Positions 1-10,834 are shown, numbered from the stretch's first letter. The stretch is 47,216 nt of DNA from Nitrososphaerales archaeon (GCA_030754585.1 JASMAB010000004.1:1-47216), one strand, 5' to 3'. A program made the numbers and translations. The notes: generated by a model from the letters alone, not told the origin.

Positions 1-614
1 GAATTACTTATCTAATTTTTTTTGAGTCTGGTGTATCAACTATTTTTTTATCTTCAAACTTCGGGGATGATTTTAAATCAAAAGTTTCTAATGATTTGAT
101 TCTTTACACCGGTGATTCACAGCCTATAACCCCTGAGGCAGATTACCAAGTAGCCGATAAGATATTGGAATTAGCTAGTGAATTTGGCACTAAAAAAATA
201 TTCAGCCTTGCAGCGTATATTACAGGAGGCTTTGTAAAGGAACCAAAAGTATATGGTACTGCTACTGAGATCTCAGCAGCAAATGATCTTTCTAACTATG
301 GTGTAATTTTGATGAAAGAGGGGGCAATCACAGGAATGAATGGATTATTGGTTGGCTTAGCTAAAGTCAGAGGTATGTTAGGGCTATCGTTGTTAGGTGA
401 GACCTCAGGATATATAGTTGATGCCAATGCATCCAAAGCTGTTTTAACCATTTTCAGCAAGATTATGGATATTGAAGTCGATATGACACGTCTCATTGAG
501 CATGCAAAGAATAGCGAAAAGATTGTCAAGAAACTTGGTCAATTAAGAAATAGTCAAGATAGTCATCCTGAAGTTGGAAAACAGAATAATAAAAACCTAG
601 GATACATCAGTTGA
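1..614 (+). CDS. PAC2-family proteasome assembly chaperone (5'-partial)
   Basis: Frame is open from position 3. Motifs 'LILYTGDSQP', 'G.ITGMNGLLVGLA..RGM.GLSLLGETSGY.VD' and C-terminal 'LGYIS' (HbYX-like) are typical of archaeal PAC2 proteins. Confidence 0.85.
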   Translation, partial: ITYLIFFESGVSTIFLSSNFGDDFKSKVSNDLILYTGDSQPITPEADYQVADKILELASEFGTKKIFSLAAYITGGFVKEPKVYGTATEISAANDLSNYGVILMKEGAITGMNGLLVGLAKVRGMLGLSLLGETSGYIVDANASKAVLTIFSKIMDIEVDMTRLIEHAKNSEKIVKKLGQLRNSQDSHPEVGKQNNKNLGYIS

Positions 615-622
615 ATATCTAA

Positions 623-2086
623 TTATCCTTTAACTACGCCTAATGGTTTCAATCTTACTACTTTAGTGGCAATTCCTACTTTATCTGATACATTGGCAAC
701 AGTATCTACATCCTTATAGGCCCCTGGTGCCTCTTCTACTATCCCTTTCCAACTCGCAGATTTGACTAGTATTCCATTTCTTCCAAGGTCCCTTTTAACG
801 TCTTCAGCTCTATAAGTTCTGATAGCTGCAGAGCGAGACATCATCCTGCCTGCCCCATGAGCTGTTGATCCGAAGCTATTCTCCATTGATTTGGGTGTGC
901 CCAGAAGAACCCAGCTAGCCGTTCCCATAGATCCTGGTATCAGAACTGGTTGCCCAATATCTCTATACGCATTTGGAATATCTTTACTTTCTCTTGGAAA
1001 AGCTCTTGTTGCACCTTTTCTATGAACAACAACCTTGCGTTTTTCACCATCGATATTATGTTCTTCAACCTTAGCAATATTATGTGCTACATCATAAATT
1101 AAATTTAATCCAATTTCGTTTTCAGACATTTTGAAGATATTCTGCATAACCTTCCTAGTCCAATGTGTTATCATCTGTCTATTCGACCATGCATAGTTTA
1201 AAGCTGCACCCATTGCTCCAAAATAATTCAAAGCTTCCTTGGAATTATTAGGTGCACAGGCAAGTTCTCTATCCGGTAGATGTATGTTATATTTGTGTGA
1301 AGCTGATTCTATTACCTTAAGGTAATCACTGCAGACTTGGTAACCTAAACCTCTTGAACCAGTATGTATCAGTATCATAATTTGCCCTTCTTCTCTTATA
1401 CCAAAGCGTTCAGCAGCTTTATTGTCAAATACTTTATCGACTTTCTGAATTTCCAGAAAGTGATTTCCAGACCCTAAGCTCCCAAGTTGGGGTATTCCTC
1501 TTGCCTTCGCTATAGGCGAAACTTTGTCAGGATCTGCACTATCCATTTTGCCGTTCTCTTCACAAAATTCTGCGTCCTGCTTTGTTCCATATCCTGCTTC
1601 GATAGCCCAATTTACGCCCTCTCTAAGTACATCATCTAAATGGTTTGGTGATAACTTTAACCGCCCTTTACTGCCTAATCCTGATGGAACTGCTTGAAAT
1701 AGATCAGATAGTATCTGTTTTAATTTGGGCCTAACTTCATTTTCGGTAAGATTTGTTTGCAGTAGACGGACTCCACAATTGATATCGTATCCTACGCCAC
1801 CAGGAGAGATTACTCCAGTATCTGCATCTGTTGCAGCGACTCCTCCAATAGGAAAACCATATCCCTCATGCCCATCTGGTAGTACAATCGCATGTTTGAT
1901 GATTCCAGGGAGGTGAGCTACGTTTATTGCTTGATCTATAGTTCTGTCGGTTAGCATTTTTTTAAGCAGATTCTCATTAGCATATATTGAAACTGGAACA
2001 TTCATTCCTGGTTTTGCATCTGACTCAATTCTATACTCTACTTCACTTACTTTTGTTATTGGATATTTTGAAGTTGGTTGAGCCAA
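623..2086 (-). CDS. rtcB: RNA-splicing ligase RtcB (tRNA ligase)
   Basis: Motifs PDGHEGYGFPIGGV, GVGYDINCG, GSLGSGNHFLE, HRKGAT, HGAGR and EEAPGAYK. TTG start; no intein visible. Confidence 0.97.
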   Translation of the reverse strand: MAQPTSKYPITKVSEVEYRIESDAKPGMNVPVSIYANENLLKKMLTDRTIDQAINVAHLPGIIKHAIVLPDGHEGYGFPIGGVAATDADTGVISPGGVGYDINCGVRLLQTNLTENEVRPKLKQILSDLFQAVPSGLGSKGRLKLSPNHLDDVLREGVNWAIEAGYGTKQDAEFCEENGKMDSADPDKVSPIAKARGIPQLGSLGSGNHFLEIQKVDKVFDNKAAERFGIREEGQIMILIHTGSRGLGYQVCSDYLKVIESASHKYNIHLPDRELACAPNNSKEALNYFGAMGAALNYAWSNRQMITHWTRKVMQNIFKMSENEIGLNLIYDVAHNIAKVEEHNIDGEKRKVVVHRKGATRAFPRESKDIPNAYRDIGQPVLIPGSMGTASWVLLGTPKSMENSFGSTAHGAGRMMSRSAAIRTYRAEDVKRDLGRNGILVKSASWKGIVEEAPGAYKDVDTVANVSDKVGIATKVVRLKPLGVVKG

Positions 2087-2164
2087 GAAGATCCTCTTTA
2101 GATTTTTTCCTTCAAATTGTCTTGATTCTTAGAGGGATATAAATGATTATCAGATTTACAGAAT

Positions 2165-3505
2165 CTAAAGTCGCATTTTTTGGATGTATTTCTGAATTTT
2201 AGAGCTATATTGCATTGCTTTTTTTGGTTTGAAAACAATATTTTCAGGTAGTCCAGCCCTTAATGCTGCTTCTCTAAGAACAATCTTTCTACTGTTTTTT
2301 TCAATATTCATTTTAAGACTGGGATGTAATGTTATTGCATAATTAGCAAGGTCAAATGAGGCATATGGTAATCGTAATTCTGTGAAGAATGAAGCAGCTG
2401 CTTCATCCCTTTGAAAATTAGCTTTATATGCTGTTTTTATGTCGTGCATCATCATAGATTGTGATTCTTCATACCCTTTCTGTTCATATGTTTTTAAATA
2501 CTTCATATATCCCCCAAAAAGTTCATCTGCAAGCTGACCCAAAATAATCGTGTTGCATCCTTCTTTCCGGGCAGCAAATGCTATTTCATTAACGACTACT
2601 CCAATAGATAAATCCATAGGACTTTTTCTTTCAATATGTGTGAAAATATTAGTTACTAACTGCTTTATCCTTTCTTTACTTAAGCATATTTCAATCAAAT
2701 CCAAACCAAGACTTGCTGCCGATGCTTTAGATTCATACTCGTCAATAGAACCAGGTGTAAACACAGATATCAACCTAATATTACTTATCTTACTTGCTAG
2801 ATGCGCCAACAAAGAGCTGTCTAATCCCCCTGAAAATCCTATCGCAATATTCTTGCCCTTAATTCTTGTTTTTATGGATTTATTTAGAAGCCGAAGTACA
2901 TTCTCAGCCCCCTCATTAGCGTCTGAATTCCAATCTCTTCCTCCTTCAATACTCTTTATCACAAATTTATCTAACCTCGCTAAATCTGTAGAGTAAACAA
3001 AACCTGGAGAAACAGCTTCCGTCTCCATCCCCACGGCTCTAAGAGCATTGGAATCAGTGGCAACCCCTAAAACTCCTTCTCGTCTTCCTATGAAAAGAGG
3101 TTTTACACCAAGAGGATCCCGTCCAAAAACAATTTTATCTTTATCTAGGCAAGAAAAAGTGTATTCACCATCGGCATCTCTTAGAAATTCTGCAAGCTTA
3201 GATGGTTCTTGGCCTAGATGTTTTATTCTTGATCCGATATGAGTTCCCTTACTCCCGTAAATAGTTCCATGAATCAGAGTGTCTTCTTTATCATAAAAAT
3301 CAGTTGCAAGACAATATCCTGATATCGACTTGGCTGATAACGATTGTTGATGTAATTCTTGGGAGTTTTTTGCTTTGATTAATTTTTTTCCTTCAATAAG
3401 ATAGCCCGCCCAAGCACGGTGACTCATCTCTTGAAGAGCATTTATGAGATATGGGTAGATATTCTTTCTTCCTAAGAAAGTTGCAAAGCCATTAATCAAT
3501 ACCAT
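2165..3505 (-). CDS. asnB: Asparagine synthetase B-like protein (Ntn-like domain plus PP-loop ATPase) lacking the N-terminal catalytic Cys
   Basis: Motifs 'GRDPLGVKPL', PP-loop 'FSGGLDSS', 'GQLADELFGGY', 'LRLPY', 'RKIVLR' and 'KKAMQY'. Confidence 0.8.
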   Translation of the reverse strand: MVLINGFATFLGRKNIYPYLINALQEMSHRAWAGYLIEGKKLIKAKNSQELHQQSLSAKSISGYCLATDFYDKEDTLIHGTIYGSKGTHIGSRIKHLGQEPSKLAEFLRDADGEYTFSCLDKDKIVFGRDPLGVKPLFIGRREGVLGVATDSNALRAVGMETEAVSPGFVYSTDLARLDKFVIKSIEGGRDWNSDANEGAENVLRLLNKSIKTRIKGKNIAIGFSGGLDSSLLAHLASKISNIRLISVFTPGSIDEYESKASAASLGLDLIEICLSKERIKQLVTNIFTHIERKSPMDLSIGVVVNEIAFAARKEGCNTIILGQLADELFGGYMKYLKTYEQKGYEESQSMMMHDIKTAYKANFQRDEAAASFFTELRLPYASFDLANYAITLHPSLKMNIEKNSRKIVLREAALRAGLPENIVFKPKKAMQYSSKIQKYIQKMRL

Positions 3506-3512
3506 TTATATT

Positions 3513-5675
3513 TCAACCGCTTATCTGCGATTTAACTTTCCGGGCAACAGCTGGTCCTATTTTTTCCACAGATGCAATCTGATTATAAGAAGTTGCTCTC
3601 AATTTAGCTAGGTTTCTTAACCCAGCGTTGAAGAGTGACCGTGCTCTTACTCTGCCTATTCCTTCAAGAGTCGTTAGAGATAATAACTCAGACTTTACAC
3701 CATATTTTATTCGTCTTCGAAGCAAATCTATTTCTATTAGAAAATTCGTTCTACCAATAATCTTGCAAACTTCAGCAAGAGAATATAAAAGCCAGTCAGC
3801 ATTTTCAACTGCCCTATGGAGGTCTCCTGGTTCAATGCCAAACTGCTTCAATATCATCTCTTCAGATGCTTCATCTATCCAATGGGACAATGCCATTAGT
3901 GCTCGAAATTGTTGTAAGAACTCATCATAAGATTCAAAGTCAGATCCCTCGGGAATAGGAATAATAAACTCTGATTTATGATCTTCAAGGAAAAGATTGG
4001 CGTTCTCCAAATCTACTTTTCTCATAAAAAATCTGGGGGTAAAATCAGGAACAGTCACAATTAAGTGGAGGATTCCTGTTATTTGTGAAGAACTTCTTTC
4101 AGCATATCTAATAGCCTGTCTGAACTCTATTCCAGTTACTGGGTCGATATATAGCATTGATATTCTCTTTCCGAATTCAGTAGCTAAGAAACGTTTACCT
4201 CTCATTTCAATGAGATTTTCTGTTATCAAGAAATCGATGGCGGCATTCATCTTTCTTTTTACTGTATCACTACTATTTTGGTTGGCAAAAAGTGTCTTAA
4301 AAAATAACATATCCATCTCAGAATCTGTCATTCCAGGAAGTGTAGATATTGCGGCTAAGATATGTGTACGAAGCGCCCCCTTTCTTGCCAATTGAGAGTA
4401 TATTGGTTCTGGTTCTCCTTTGACGTACCGTGCATAAATATCATCAGCCTCTTCCTCAGTCAGTGATGGTAAAACGGTTTCACCTACAGTATCAAATTTG
4501 GGTCTACCTGCCCTGCCACACATCTGTTTATAATCCAGAACAGAAATATGTGTCTGACCTCCAAGATCAGAATTGTACCTAAAGAGACTACTTAAGACCA
4601 CCCTCCTTGCAGGAAGATTGACACCTGCAGCTAAAGTAGACGTAGAAGTTAAAATTTTTACTACACCACTTCTGAACCCTTCCTCAATCAGTTGTCTGTG
4701 CTTTGGATTTAATCCTGCATGATGAAAAGCGGCACCATGTTCAACTGCTCTAGAAAGTTTTCGGCTTAATTCGGTCTCTTCACCTGTGAATAATATTTTC
4801 CTTGCCATATTACTTGCCTTTTTTATATCATCTTTCGTTAGATACTTAGGAACTACTTCTGCTGATTTAAGGGCCAAGCTGACAGATCTTCTTCTAGTCT
4901 CGGTGAAAATAAGCGACTGTCCACCATACTTTACTGTGTCTGCAGCTATATCGATTGGAATACCTCTATTGGTTGAATCTATCTTTTTTGTTGTATCATC
5001 TGAATAAAATATTTCACCATACAGATAAACCCCTTCAATTAGTTTCACAGGTCGCCATTGTGTATCTACTAGTCTAGCTCCCAGCCATTTTGCCAGTTCT
5101 TTAGCATTTCTTATTGTTGCGCTTAAAGCCAATATTTGGGCTTCAGGAGCTAAGCTGAGTATCTTGGTAAGAATAGTTTCAAGAGTCGGGCCTCTATAAG
5201 TATCTCCAACAAGATGGACTTCATCTGCAATGAAAAGCTTTACTTCATCTATCCAAGGAATGCCATGTCGTAATAAGGAGTCAAACTTTTCATTGGTTAA
5301 AATAATGATATCTCCGTTTCTTAGATATTTATTTGATGAATCATAATCACCAGATGATAATACAACTCGAATATTATCTCCATTTAACTTTTCAAGAGTC
5401 TTAAATATCTTGAATTCTTCATACTTTTCTTTAGCTAAGGCTCTGAGTGGGCTCAAATAAACAATCTTCCCTCCTTTTTCAAGAATAGTTTTTCCTGCAG
5501 TAAGAATGGCGATTAGAGTTTTTCCACTAGCAGTAGGGGTAGTCAATAACATGTTTTCCCCAACTAATACATTGCCTTTCACGGCTTCTTCTTGTGTGGG
5601 GTAAAGCTCACTGTATCCTTGCTTGAGAAGCATTTCAGATAAATTTCTAGGTATTGGAAGCGTTGATATTTTCAC
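3513..5675 (-). CDS. hel308: Ski2-like ATP-dependent DNA helicase Hel308/Hjm
   Basis: Walker A TPTASGKT, DEVH box, LSAT, FHHAGL, TLAAGVNLPA, QMCGRAGRP and C-terminal HhH 'LEGIGRVRARSL'. Confidence 0.95.
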   Translation of the reverse strand: MKISTLPIPRNLSEMLLKQGYSELYPTQEEAVKGNVLVGENMLLTTPTASGKTLIAILTAGKTILEKGGKIVYLSPLRALAKEKYEEFKIFKTLEKLNGDNIRVVLSSGDYDSSNKYLRNGDIIILTNEKFDSLLRHGIPWIDEVKLFIADEVHLVGDTYRGPTLETILTKILSLAPEAQILALSATIRNAKELAKWLGARLVDTQWRPVKLIEGVYLYGEIFYSDDTTKKIDSTNRGIPIDIAADTVKYGGQSLIFTETRRRSVSLALKSAEVVPKYLTKDDIKKASNMARKILFTGEETELSRKLSRAVEHGAAFHHAGLNPKHRQLIEEGFRSGVVKILTSTSTLAAGVNLPARRVVLSSLFRYNSDLGGQTHISVLDYKQMCGRAGRPKFDTVGETVLPSLTEEEADDIYARYVKGEPEPIYSQLARKGALRTHILAAISTLPGMTDSEMDMLFFKTLFANQNSSDTVKRKMNAAIDFLITENLIEMRGKRFLATEFGKRISMLYIDPVTGIEFRQAIRYAERSSSQITGILHLIVTVPDFTPRFFMRKVDLENANLFLEDHKSEFIIPIPEGSDFESYDEFLQQFRALMALSHWIDEASEEMILKQFGIEPGDLHRAVENADWLLYSLAEVCKIIGRTNFLIEIDLLRRRIKYGVKSELLSLTTLEGIGRVRARSLFNAGLRNLAKLRATSYNQIASVEKIGPAVARKVKSQISG

Positions 5676-5728
5676 TTCTTATTACCTTATCCGCATTGAT
5701 TGATGATGAATATTCTATTGATTCTCAG

Positions 5729-7774
5729 TTAGAGTTTTCTATACGAACCCGGCTTGACTTCATATATTGCTCCACTTCGATTCAGGGTTTGTAGCATCTT
5801 CTTTGCTTCATCGTTATTCATCTTTCCAGTACCCATCAACTCTTCTACGAATCTGTTACCTTCAACAGGTTTCTTCTCAGGGCCTTCCAAACTCTTAAAG
5901 ATATCCAGAGCAAGTTCTAGAAGATTGCGTTCACTAAGCGGTTTTCCATGCAGAACACCTAGATCCACTTGACCTGTTTTTACATCAACCCCGACAGTTT
6001 CGTACATCCGTTTAATCAGGGAAACTGCCCTAATGGCATCATCTTCAGTTACTTTCTCATGAAGCATTATTCTAGCTCTGGCTGTAGCTAGACGAATAAG
6101 CCCCTCTAGTTGTCTTGGAGTTACTGTGATCATATTTTCATCACTCATTCCTCTCATTCTTAGATAATAGTCCATGATCTTATCTTCTGCTTCCGGAGTA
6201 AGTTTTGGAGCTAAATTCCGTGCATATGCAAGATACTTGCGAAGAGTTTCATATTCAATTGGTGGGGATTTTACATATTTTCCTGTTCTGTGAATTTCTA
6301 AAACATGCTTAGCTAATTCTCTATCACGGGCCATATCTGCTTTATCTCTGAGAATAAAAATCAGATCAAATCGTGTAAGAAGTGGGGTTGGTAGATTTAC
6401 ATTATCCGTAATATTTCTGTAGTCATCATATTTCCCAAGAGCTGGGTTAGCTGCAGCAAGTATTGAAGTTCTAGCATTTAGAGTAGCTACAATACCTCCC
6501 TTTGCGATGCTTACAGTCTGTTGTTCCATACATTCATGAAGAGCGGATCTATCTTCAGTTCGCATTTTGTCAAATTCATCAATACTCGCAATTCCAAGAT
6601 CAGCAAGAACAACCGCTCCTGCCTCAAGCATCATCATACCATTTTTCTCGCGAACTACAGCTGCTGTCAATCCTGCGGCAGTTGATCCTCTTCCTGAAGT
6701 GTATAATCCTCTTGGAGCCAGATGTGAAGCAAATTTTAATAGTTCAGATTTTGCTGTTCCCGGATCTCCTACTAATAGAACGTTTATGTCTCCTCGAATA
6801 GTTGTTCCATCCAATAATTGTTGCCTTGGCGCACCTGTCATCATAAGCAATATAGCTTCTTTATGAGTTTCATGACCATGAATTGCCGGTGCAATAGATT
6901 CAATTAAGCGTTCGTAAACATTCGGTTCATTAGAAATAGTCTTAATTAATGCTTCATCCTCTTTTGAGAGATGTATTATTTCGGGTTCTTTACCCATTAC
7001 TTCAAGATAATTTCCCTCAATAATGGATTGAAAAACTCTTAGTTTTCCTCGCCCCTGGGAATATTCAGGTTCAGCTCTAACTATGCCTGTAAGTGTTACT
7101 CTATCTCCAGGACGAGTAATATTTACAAGATCTCTTACTAGTGATACATCATAGGATTGTGGAAGTTGACCTGCAGGCAGTTCTTCAGGCAGTTCTTGCA
7201 TTCTTATTACTTGATAATCAATAAAAACCGTTTCCTTTTCATCTAGCTCAAAATTTCTAACTTCTTCACATTCTTCACAACTTCTTGGATGTCGAAGAAT
7301 CATTTTATCCTGAGGAATTTGGTTTGTGTGACCGCATTTGACACATTTGAATGCTGCTGTAACTACCAGTGGCTTAATATCTGATGTTCTAACTACTACT
7401 CCTGTTATTTCTGTCAGCTTATCTAGGTGCTCTATTCCCACTTTTCGTATAGGTACCCTATCTTGAAGATTTCTTATTCTAACAGTCAGATCGTTTCTTA
7501 TTTTCTCGGCATAGGATGGATTTTCAGTTCTAAGAGTTTCGACAGTTGCTTTCTTGAAGCTCTCAAGTACTTCATCCGGTTCAGTAAGGAGCCTATTAGC
7601 CAAATCAACATTATGTATTAATAAATCATTAAAGTCCACAATAAGAGATTTACTTCCAGATGCTACTATCTGGGAGATTCTGACTCGATAAATATGTCCA
7701 CCAGGCTTGGACTTGAAGCTCTTAAGAAACTTCTCTAATAACTCACTTTGCTTAGATTGGGTTAGCTCACTCAT
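5729..7774 (-). CDS. mcm: Replicative helicase MCM
   Basis: Zn finger CVKC..CEEC, Walker A GDPGTAKS, IDEFDKM, AAANP, arginine finger LLTRFD and C-terminal winged helix. No intein visible. Confidence 0.97.
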   Translation of the reverse strand: MSELTQSKQSELLEKFLKSFKSKPGGHIYRVRISQIVASGSKSLIVDFNDLLIHNVDLANRLLTEPDEVLESFKKATVETLRTENPSYAEKIRNDLTVRIRNLQDRVPIRKVGIEHLDKLTEITGVVVRTSDIKPLVVTAAFKCVKCGHTNQIPQDKMILRHPRSCEECEEVRNFELDEKETVFIDYQVIRMQELPEELPAGQLPQSYDVSLVRDLVNITRPGDRVTLTGIVRAEPEYSQGRGKLRVFQSIIEGNYLEVMGKEPEIIHLSKEDEALIKTISNEPNVYERLIESIAPAIHGHETHKEAILLMMTGAPRQQLLDGTTIRGDINVLLVGDPGTAKSELLKFASHLAPRGLYTSGRGSTAAGLTAAVVREKNGMMMLEAGAVVLADLGIASIDEFDKMRTEDRSALHECMEQQTVSIAKGGIVATLNARTSILAAANPALGKYDDYRNITDNVNLPTPLLTRFDLIFILRDKADMARDRELAKHVLEIHRTGKYVKSPPIEYETLRKYLAYARNLAPKLTPEAEDKIMDYYLRMRGMSDENMITVTPRQLEGLIRLATARARIMLHEKVTEDDAIRAVSLIKRMYETVGVDVKTGQVDLGVLHGKPLSERNLLELALDIFKSLEGPEKKPVEGNRFVEELMGTGKMNNDEAKKMLQTLNRSGAIYEVKPGSYRKL

Positions 7775-8348
7775 CTTCAGTTTCCTCTAATACTGTATTT
7801 TTCCATTTTTGAACTATGTTTCTCACCTCGTTGAAAAGAGTTTGCTCTTCTAACGTTACTTTCTGCATTATTTCCGGAGTGTCTTCTCCTACAGTTAGTG
7901 GAAGTAATTTTACAGTTCTGATCTTAAATAGATCCATTGCCTTAAGATATAATTCATCATAATCTTGCTTTGATACATTCTTGTTTTCAGTATCTTCCTT
8001 TAACCGTCTAAGATATCGATTCAATTTTAAGTAGAAATCACCAGTTAAAGTAGAAATCTGATTTGACCCTTGAATCCGTTCTCTGCTCAAAGCCTTGAGC
8101 ATTTCAACTTCAAAGCTTTCTTCTTGAATTTCCGCGAACCCAAGTTCTGCAATTTCTTCAGCTGCCCATCTTGGAAGTTCTATGATATCTCTTTCCTTAG
8201 ATTCCTTAATTTCAAAAGAATCCATCGTTATTTTGGGTAGATTATGTTTTACGATTAACTTTACAGGATGAAGTAAATATTCCATTTCTCTATCCTGTAT
8301 AAATGTGGATTTACTGATTCTTTGATGTAACATATTCTTGTCCAACAA
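7767..8348 (-). CDS. GINS complex subunit (Gins23/Psf2-like)
   Basis: Motifs 'ELPRWAAEE' and 'DFYLKL'. Overlaps the mcm start by 8 nt, matching the gins23-mcm operon of TACK archaea. Confidence 0.85.
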   Translation of the reverse strand: MLDKNMLHQRISKSTFIQDREMEYLLHPVKLIVKHNLPKITMDSFEIKESKERDIIELPRWAAEEIAELGFAEIQEESFEVEMLKALSRERIQGSNQISTLTGDFYLKLNRYLRRLKEDTENKNVSKQDYDELYLKAMDLFKIRTVKLLPLTVGEDTPEIMQKVTLEEQTLFNEVRNIVQKWKNTVLEETEDE

Positions 8349-8496
8349 GTTTTTATCGTCATATCTTTTTTAATGTTGTTAAATCATTTGATGATGTACT
8401 CTTTATCAAACTTGTTTTACACTGTAAATTAATGATTGGGTTTTGTAGGTGTTTTCCTTCTTAACTCTAATCAATTACATCATTTTTTCTAGTGGC

Positions 8497-8506
8497 TTTA
8501 AATATA
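8497..8506. promoter_or_regulatory. Candidate TATA box in the divergent gins/rfcS intergenic region
   Basis: TTTAAATATA lies ~30-40 nt upstream of the rfcS start. Confidence 0.4.
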
Positions 8507-8534
8507 ATAAGGCATGTGATTCACCCTGAACAAG

Positions 8535-9533
8535 GTGCAAGTTATGTCAAAGAGAGATATACACGAATCTATAATGTGGGCTGAGAAATATAGGCCCTTA
8601 AAAATCGGAGATATCGTGAATCAGATTGTAGCTGTTGAGCGCCTTAAGTCTTTGCTTAAGTCACCCGGAAATATGCCGCACCTTCTATTTGTAGGGCCAC
8701 CTGGAACAGGCAAAACAACAACAGCTCTATGTATAACAAGATACATAATGAAAGATTATTGGCGAGATTTCACATTAGAGCTGAACGCTTCAGATGAGAG
8801 GGGTATTAACACTATCCGAGATAGAGTGAAGACCTTTGCAAGATATACAGATAGGCGACAAGATATCCCCTTTAGAATAATCATACTGGATGAGGCAGAC
8901 GAAATGACAAACGACGCTCAAACCGCTTTAAGAAGGATTATGGAGACATACTCCAAAGGTACTCGATTTATTCTTATTGGGAATTATTCTTCTAGAATAA
9001 TTGAACCCATTCAAAGCAGATGTGCCATATTCAGATTCATAAGACTTGGCGAAGAAGATGTTGTAAATTATCTTGCAGAAATATCAAAGAAAGAAGGAGT
9101 TAAATTCGAAAAAGATGCATTATCTTCCATATATAAAGTAACAACAGGAGATCTTAGAAATGCGATTAATATTCTGGAATCAGCAGCTGCTTTAGGATTT
9201 GTAAACGAAAATAATGTTCAGAAGACTGCCGGAATATCGGGTAAAGCTAAAGTGAAAGATGTTATTACTATGGCATTAGAAGGAAAGTTTAATGATGCTT
9301 GGATATTGCTAACCGAGCTTATTCGTGTTTATGGTATGGCTGAAAAAGACTTCCTGAAGTATGCAAATGAATATCTTTCTAGACAAGAATTATTGAATCA
9401 AGGAAATATTGCAGAAGTTATGGCAAAGTATGACTATCGGATAATTGTAGGTGCCAATCCCGAAATACAACTCACTGCATTACTCGCTGAATTGGGTAGA
9501 ATAGGTCAAGAATTAGATCAGAATATCAGGTAG
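8535..9533 (+). CDS. rfcS: Replication factor C small subunit
   Basis: Motifs WAEKYRP, GPPGTGKT, ELNASDERG, LDEADEMT and QSRC. The true start may be the ATG at 8544. Confidence 0.96.
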   Translation: MQVMSKRDIHESIMWAEKYRPLKIGDIVNQIVAVERLKSLLKSPGNMPHLLFVGPPGTGKTTTALCITRYIMKDYWRDFTLELNASDERGINTIRDRVKTFARYTDRRQDIPFRIIILDEADEMTNDAQTALRRIMETYSKGTRFILIGNYSSRIIEPIQSRCAIFRFIRLGEEDVVNYLAEISKKEGVKFEKDALSSIYKVTTGDLRNAINILESAAALGFVNENNVQKTAGISGKAKVKDVITMALEGKFNDAWILLTELIRVYGMAEKDFLKYANEYLSRQELLNQGNIAEVMAKYDYRIIVGANPEIQLTALLAELGRIGQELDQNIR

Positions 9534-9546
9534 GTATGCTTCATAT

Positions 9547-10821
9547 ATGGATCTGTCTTTGCCACGTGGATTACGTGATTTGGGGCCAGATGATTATGAG
9601 GCACTGGAGAGAGTGAGGTCTACCTTCATTGCTGTTGCTAAAGTGTTTGACTTTAGGTTAATGGAGCCTTCTCCCATAGAAAAACTTCATATTTTAGAAT
9701 CTAAAAGTGGGCCAGGTATAAGAGAAGAAGTATATCATTTCAAAGATAAAGGTGGTAGGGAGGTAGGATTGCGATTTGATCTTACAATTGGGCTAACAAG
9801 ATATATATCCTCAGACCGTGGACTTCCACTTCCTGTCAAATTAGGTGCCTTCTCTAGTATGTGGCGGTATGATGAACCACAGTACGGTAGGTATAGATGG
9901 TTCTATCAATGGAATGTTGAGATATTTGGTACTAAAAATGTAGATTCAGATGCTGAGATTATTGATTTTACTTCAACTCTCTGCAATAAACTTGGATTAA
10001 GAGGGTTATCATTCGAAATAGGTGACCGAACCATTATTGACGAGTTCATATCTACCAAACTAGGCATTCAAAGAAATGATGAAGTGACTACCTTGTTGAG
10101 AGTAATTGATAAACTTGAAAGAAAAACAGAAGAGGAAATACTTGATGAATATAGTTCTAAAGGAGTGAAAAGAGATGCTCTGATAAAAATGATGAATTTT
10201 GGTGGTTTGAAAGGTGAACCTGATTTTGTTCTCAGGTCTTTAAAAGAAGAAGGTCTAACTAATACCAAGAGCTTAGAATATTTGATAGATACTCTAAAGA
10301 CACGGGGAGTAGATGGGGTAACCTTGAATATGGGAATCGTGCGTGGTTTGGACTACTATACTGGAATTGTGTTCGAGGTATTTGCGGAGGCACGAAATCT
10401 TGGCGCGTTGGCAGGTGGTGGACGTTACGATATTTTACCCGAAATATTCGGCAGAAAGGATAGTGGTGCAACTGGAGTTGCGGGTGGTGTAGATAGAATG
10501 TTATTAGCTCTACAAAATTCTAAAATGGATAGAAGTGAAGATAATAAAGTATTTGTGGGATATGTTGGTGAAAAGATGGCAAGTGTAGCTACCGAAATAG
10601 CTTCATTATTAAGGAATAACGAGATACCCACAATTCTAGAAATTTCAGGTAAAAATCTTAGAAAACAGTTTGAATATGCTTCCGGGATTGCATCTTTTTT
10701 CGTGATTGTTGGGCCTATTGATTACAAAGAAGGAAAAGTGACTCTGAGAGATTTGAGTAGCGGAGCAGAGATAAAAATATCCAAGAAAGATATTGTTGAA
10801 AGAATAAGAAGTGGTTTTTAG
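9547..10821 (+). CDS. hisS: Histidine--tRNA ligase
   Basis: Motifs PRGLRD, LRFDLT, WRYDEPQYGRYRWFYQ, RGLDYYTG and GGGRYD, plus a C-terminal anticodon-binding domain. Confidence 0.96.
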   Translation: MDLSLPRGLRDLGPDDYEALERVRSTFIAVAKVFDFRLMEPSPIEKLHILESKSGPGIREEVYHFKDKGGREVGLRFDLTIGLTRYISSDRGLPLPVKLGAFSSMWRYDEPQYGRYRWFYQWNVEIFGTKNVDSDAEIIDFTSTLCNKLGLRGLSFEIGDRTIIDEFISTKLGIQRNDEVTTLLRVIDKLERKTEEEILDEYSSKGVKRDALIKMMNFGGLKGEPDFVLRSLKEEGLTNTKSLEYLIDTLKTRGVDGVTLNMGIVRGLDYYTGIVFEVFAEARNLGALAGGGRYDILPEIFGRKDSGATGVAGGVDRMLLALQNSKMDRSEDNKVFVGYVGEKMASVATEIASLLRNNEIPTILEISGKNLRKQFEYASGIASFFVIVGPIDYKEGKVTLRDLSSGAEIKISKKDIVERIRSGF

Positions 10822-10834
10822 AGATATCATTATC

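Noticed and set aside
1-95. Possible chimeric junction, because the first ~30 codons do not look PAC2-like and the minus strand is also open
   Set aside because: Too short and at the window edge to judge; it needs upstream sequence or read mapping.
8349-8534. Replication origin between gins-mcm and rfcS
   Set aside because: The region is AT-rich, but there are no recognisable ORB repeats and no cdc6/orc1 gene. A divergent promoter explains it.
623-9533. Inteins in RtcB, MCM, Hel308 or RFC, which are common hosts
   Set aside because: Protein lengths are canonical and no C/S...HN splice motifs or LAGLIDADG inserts are visible.
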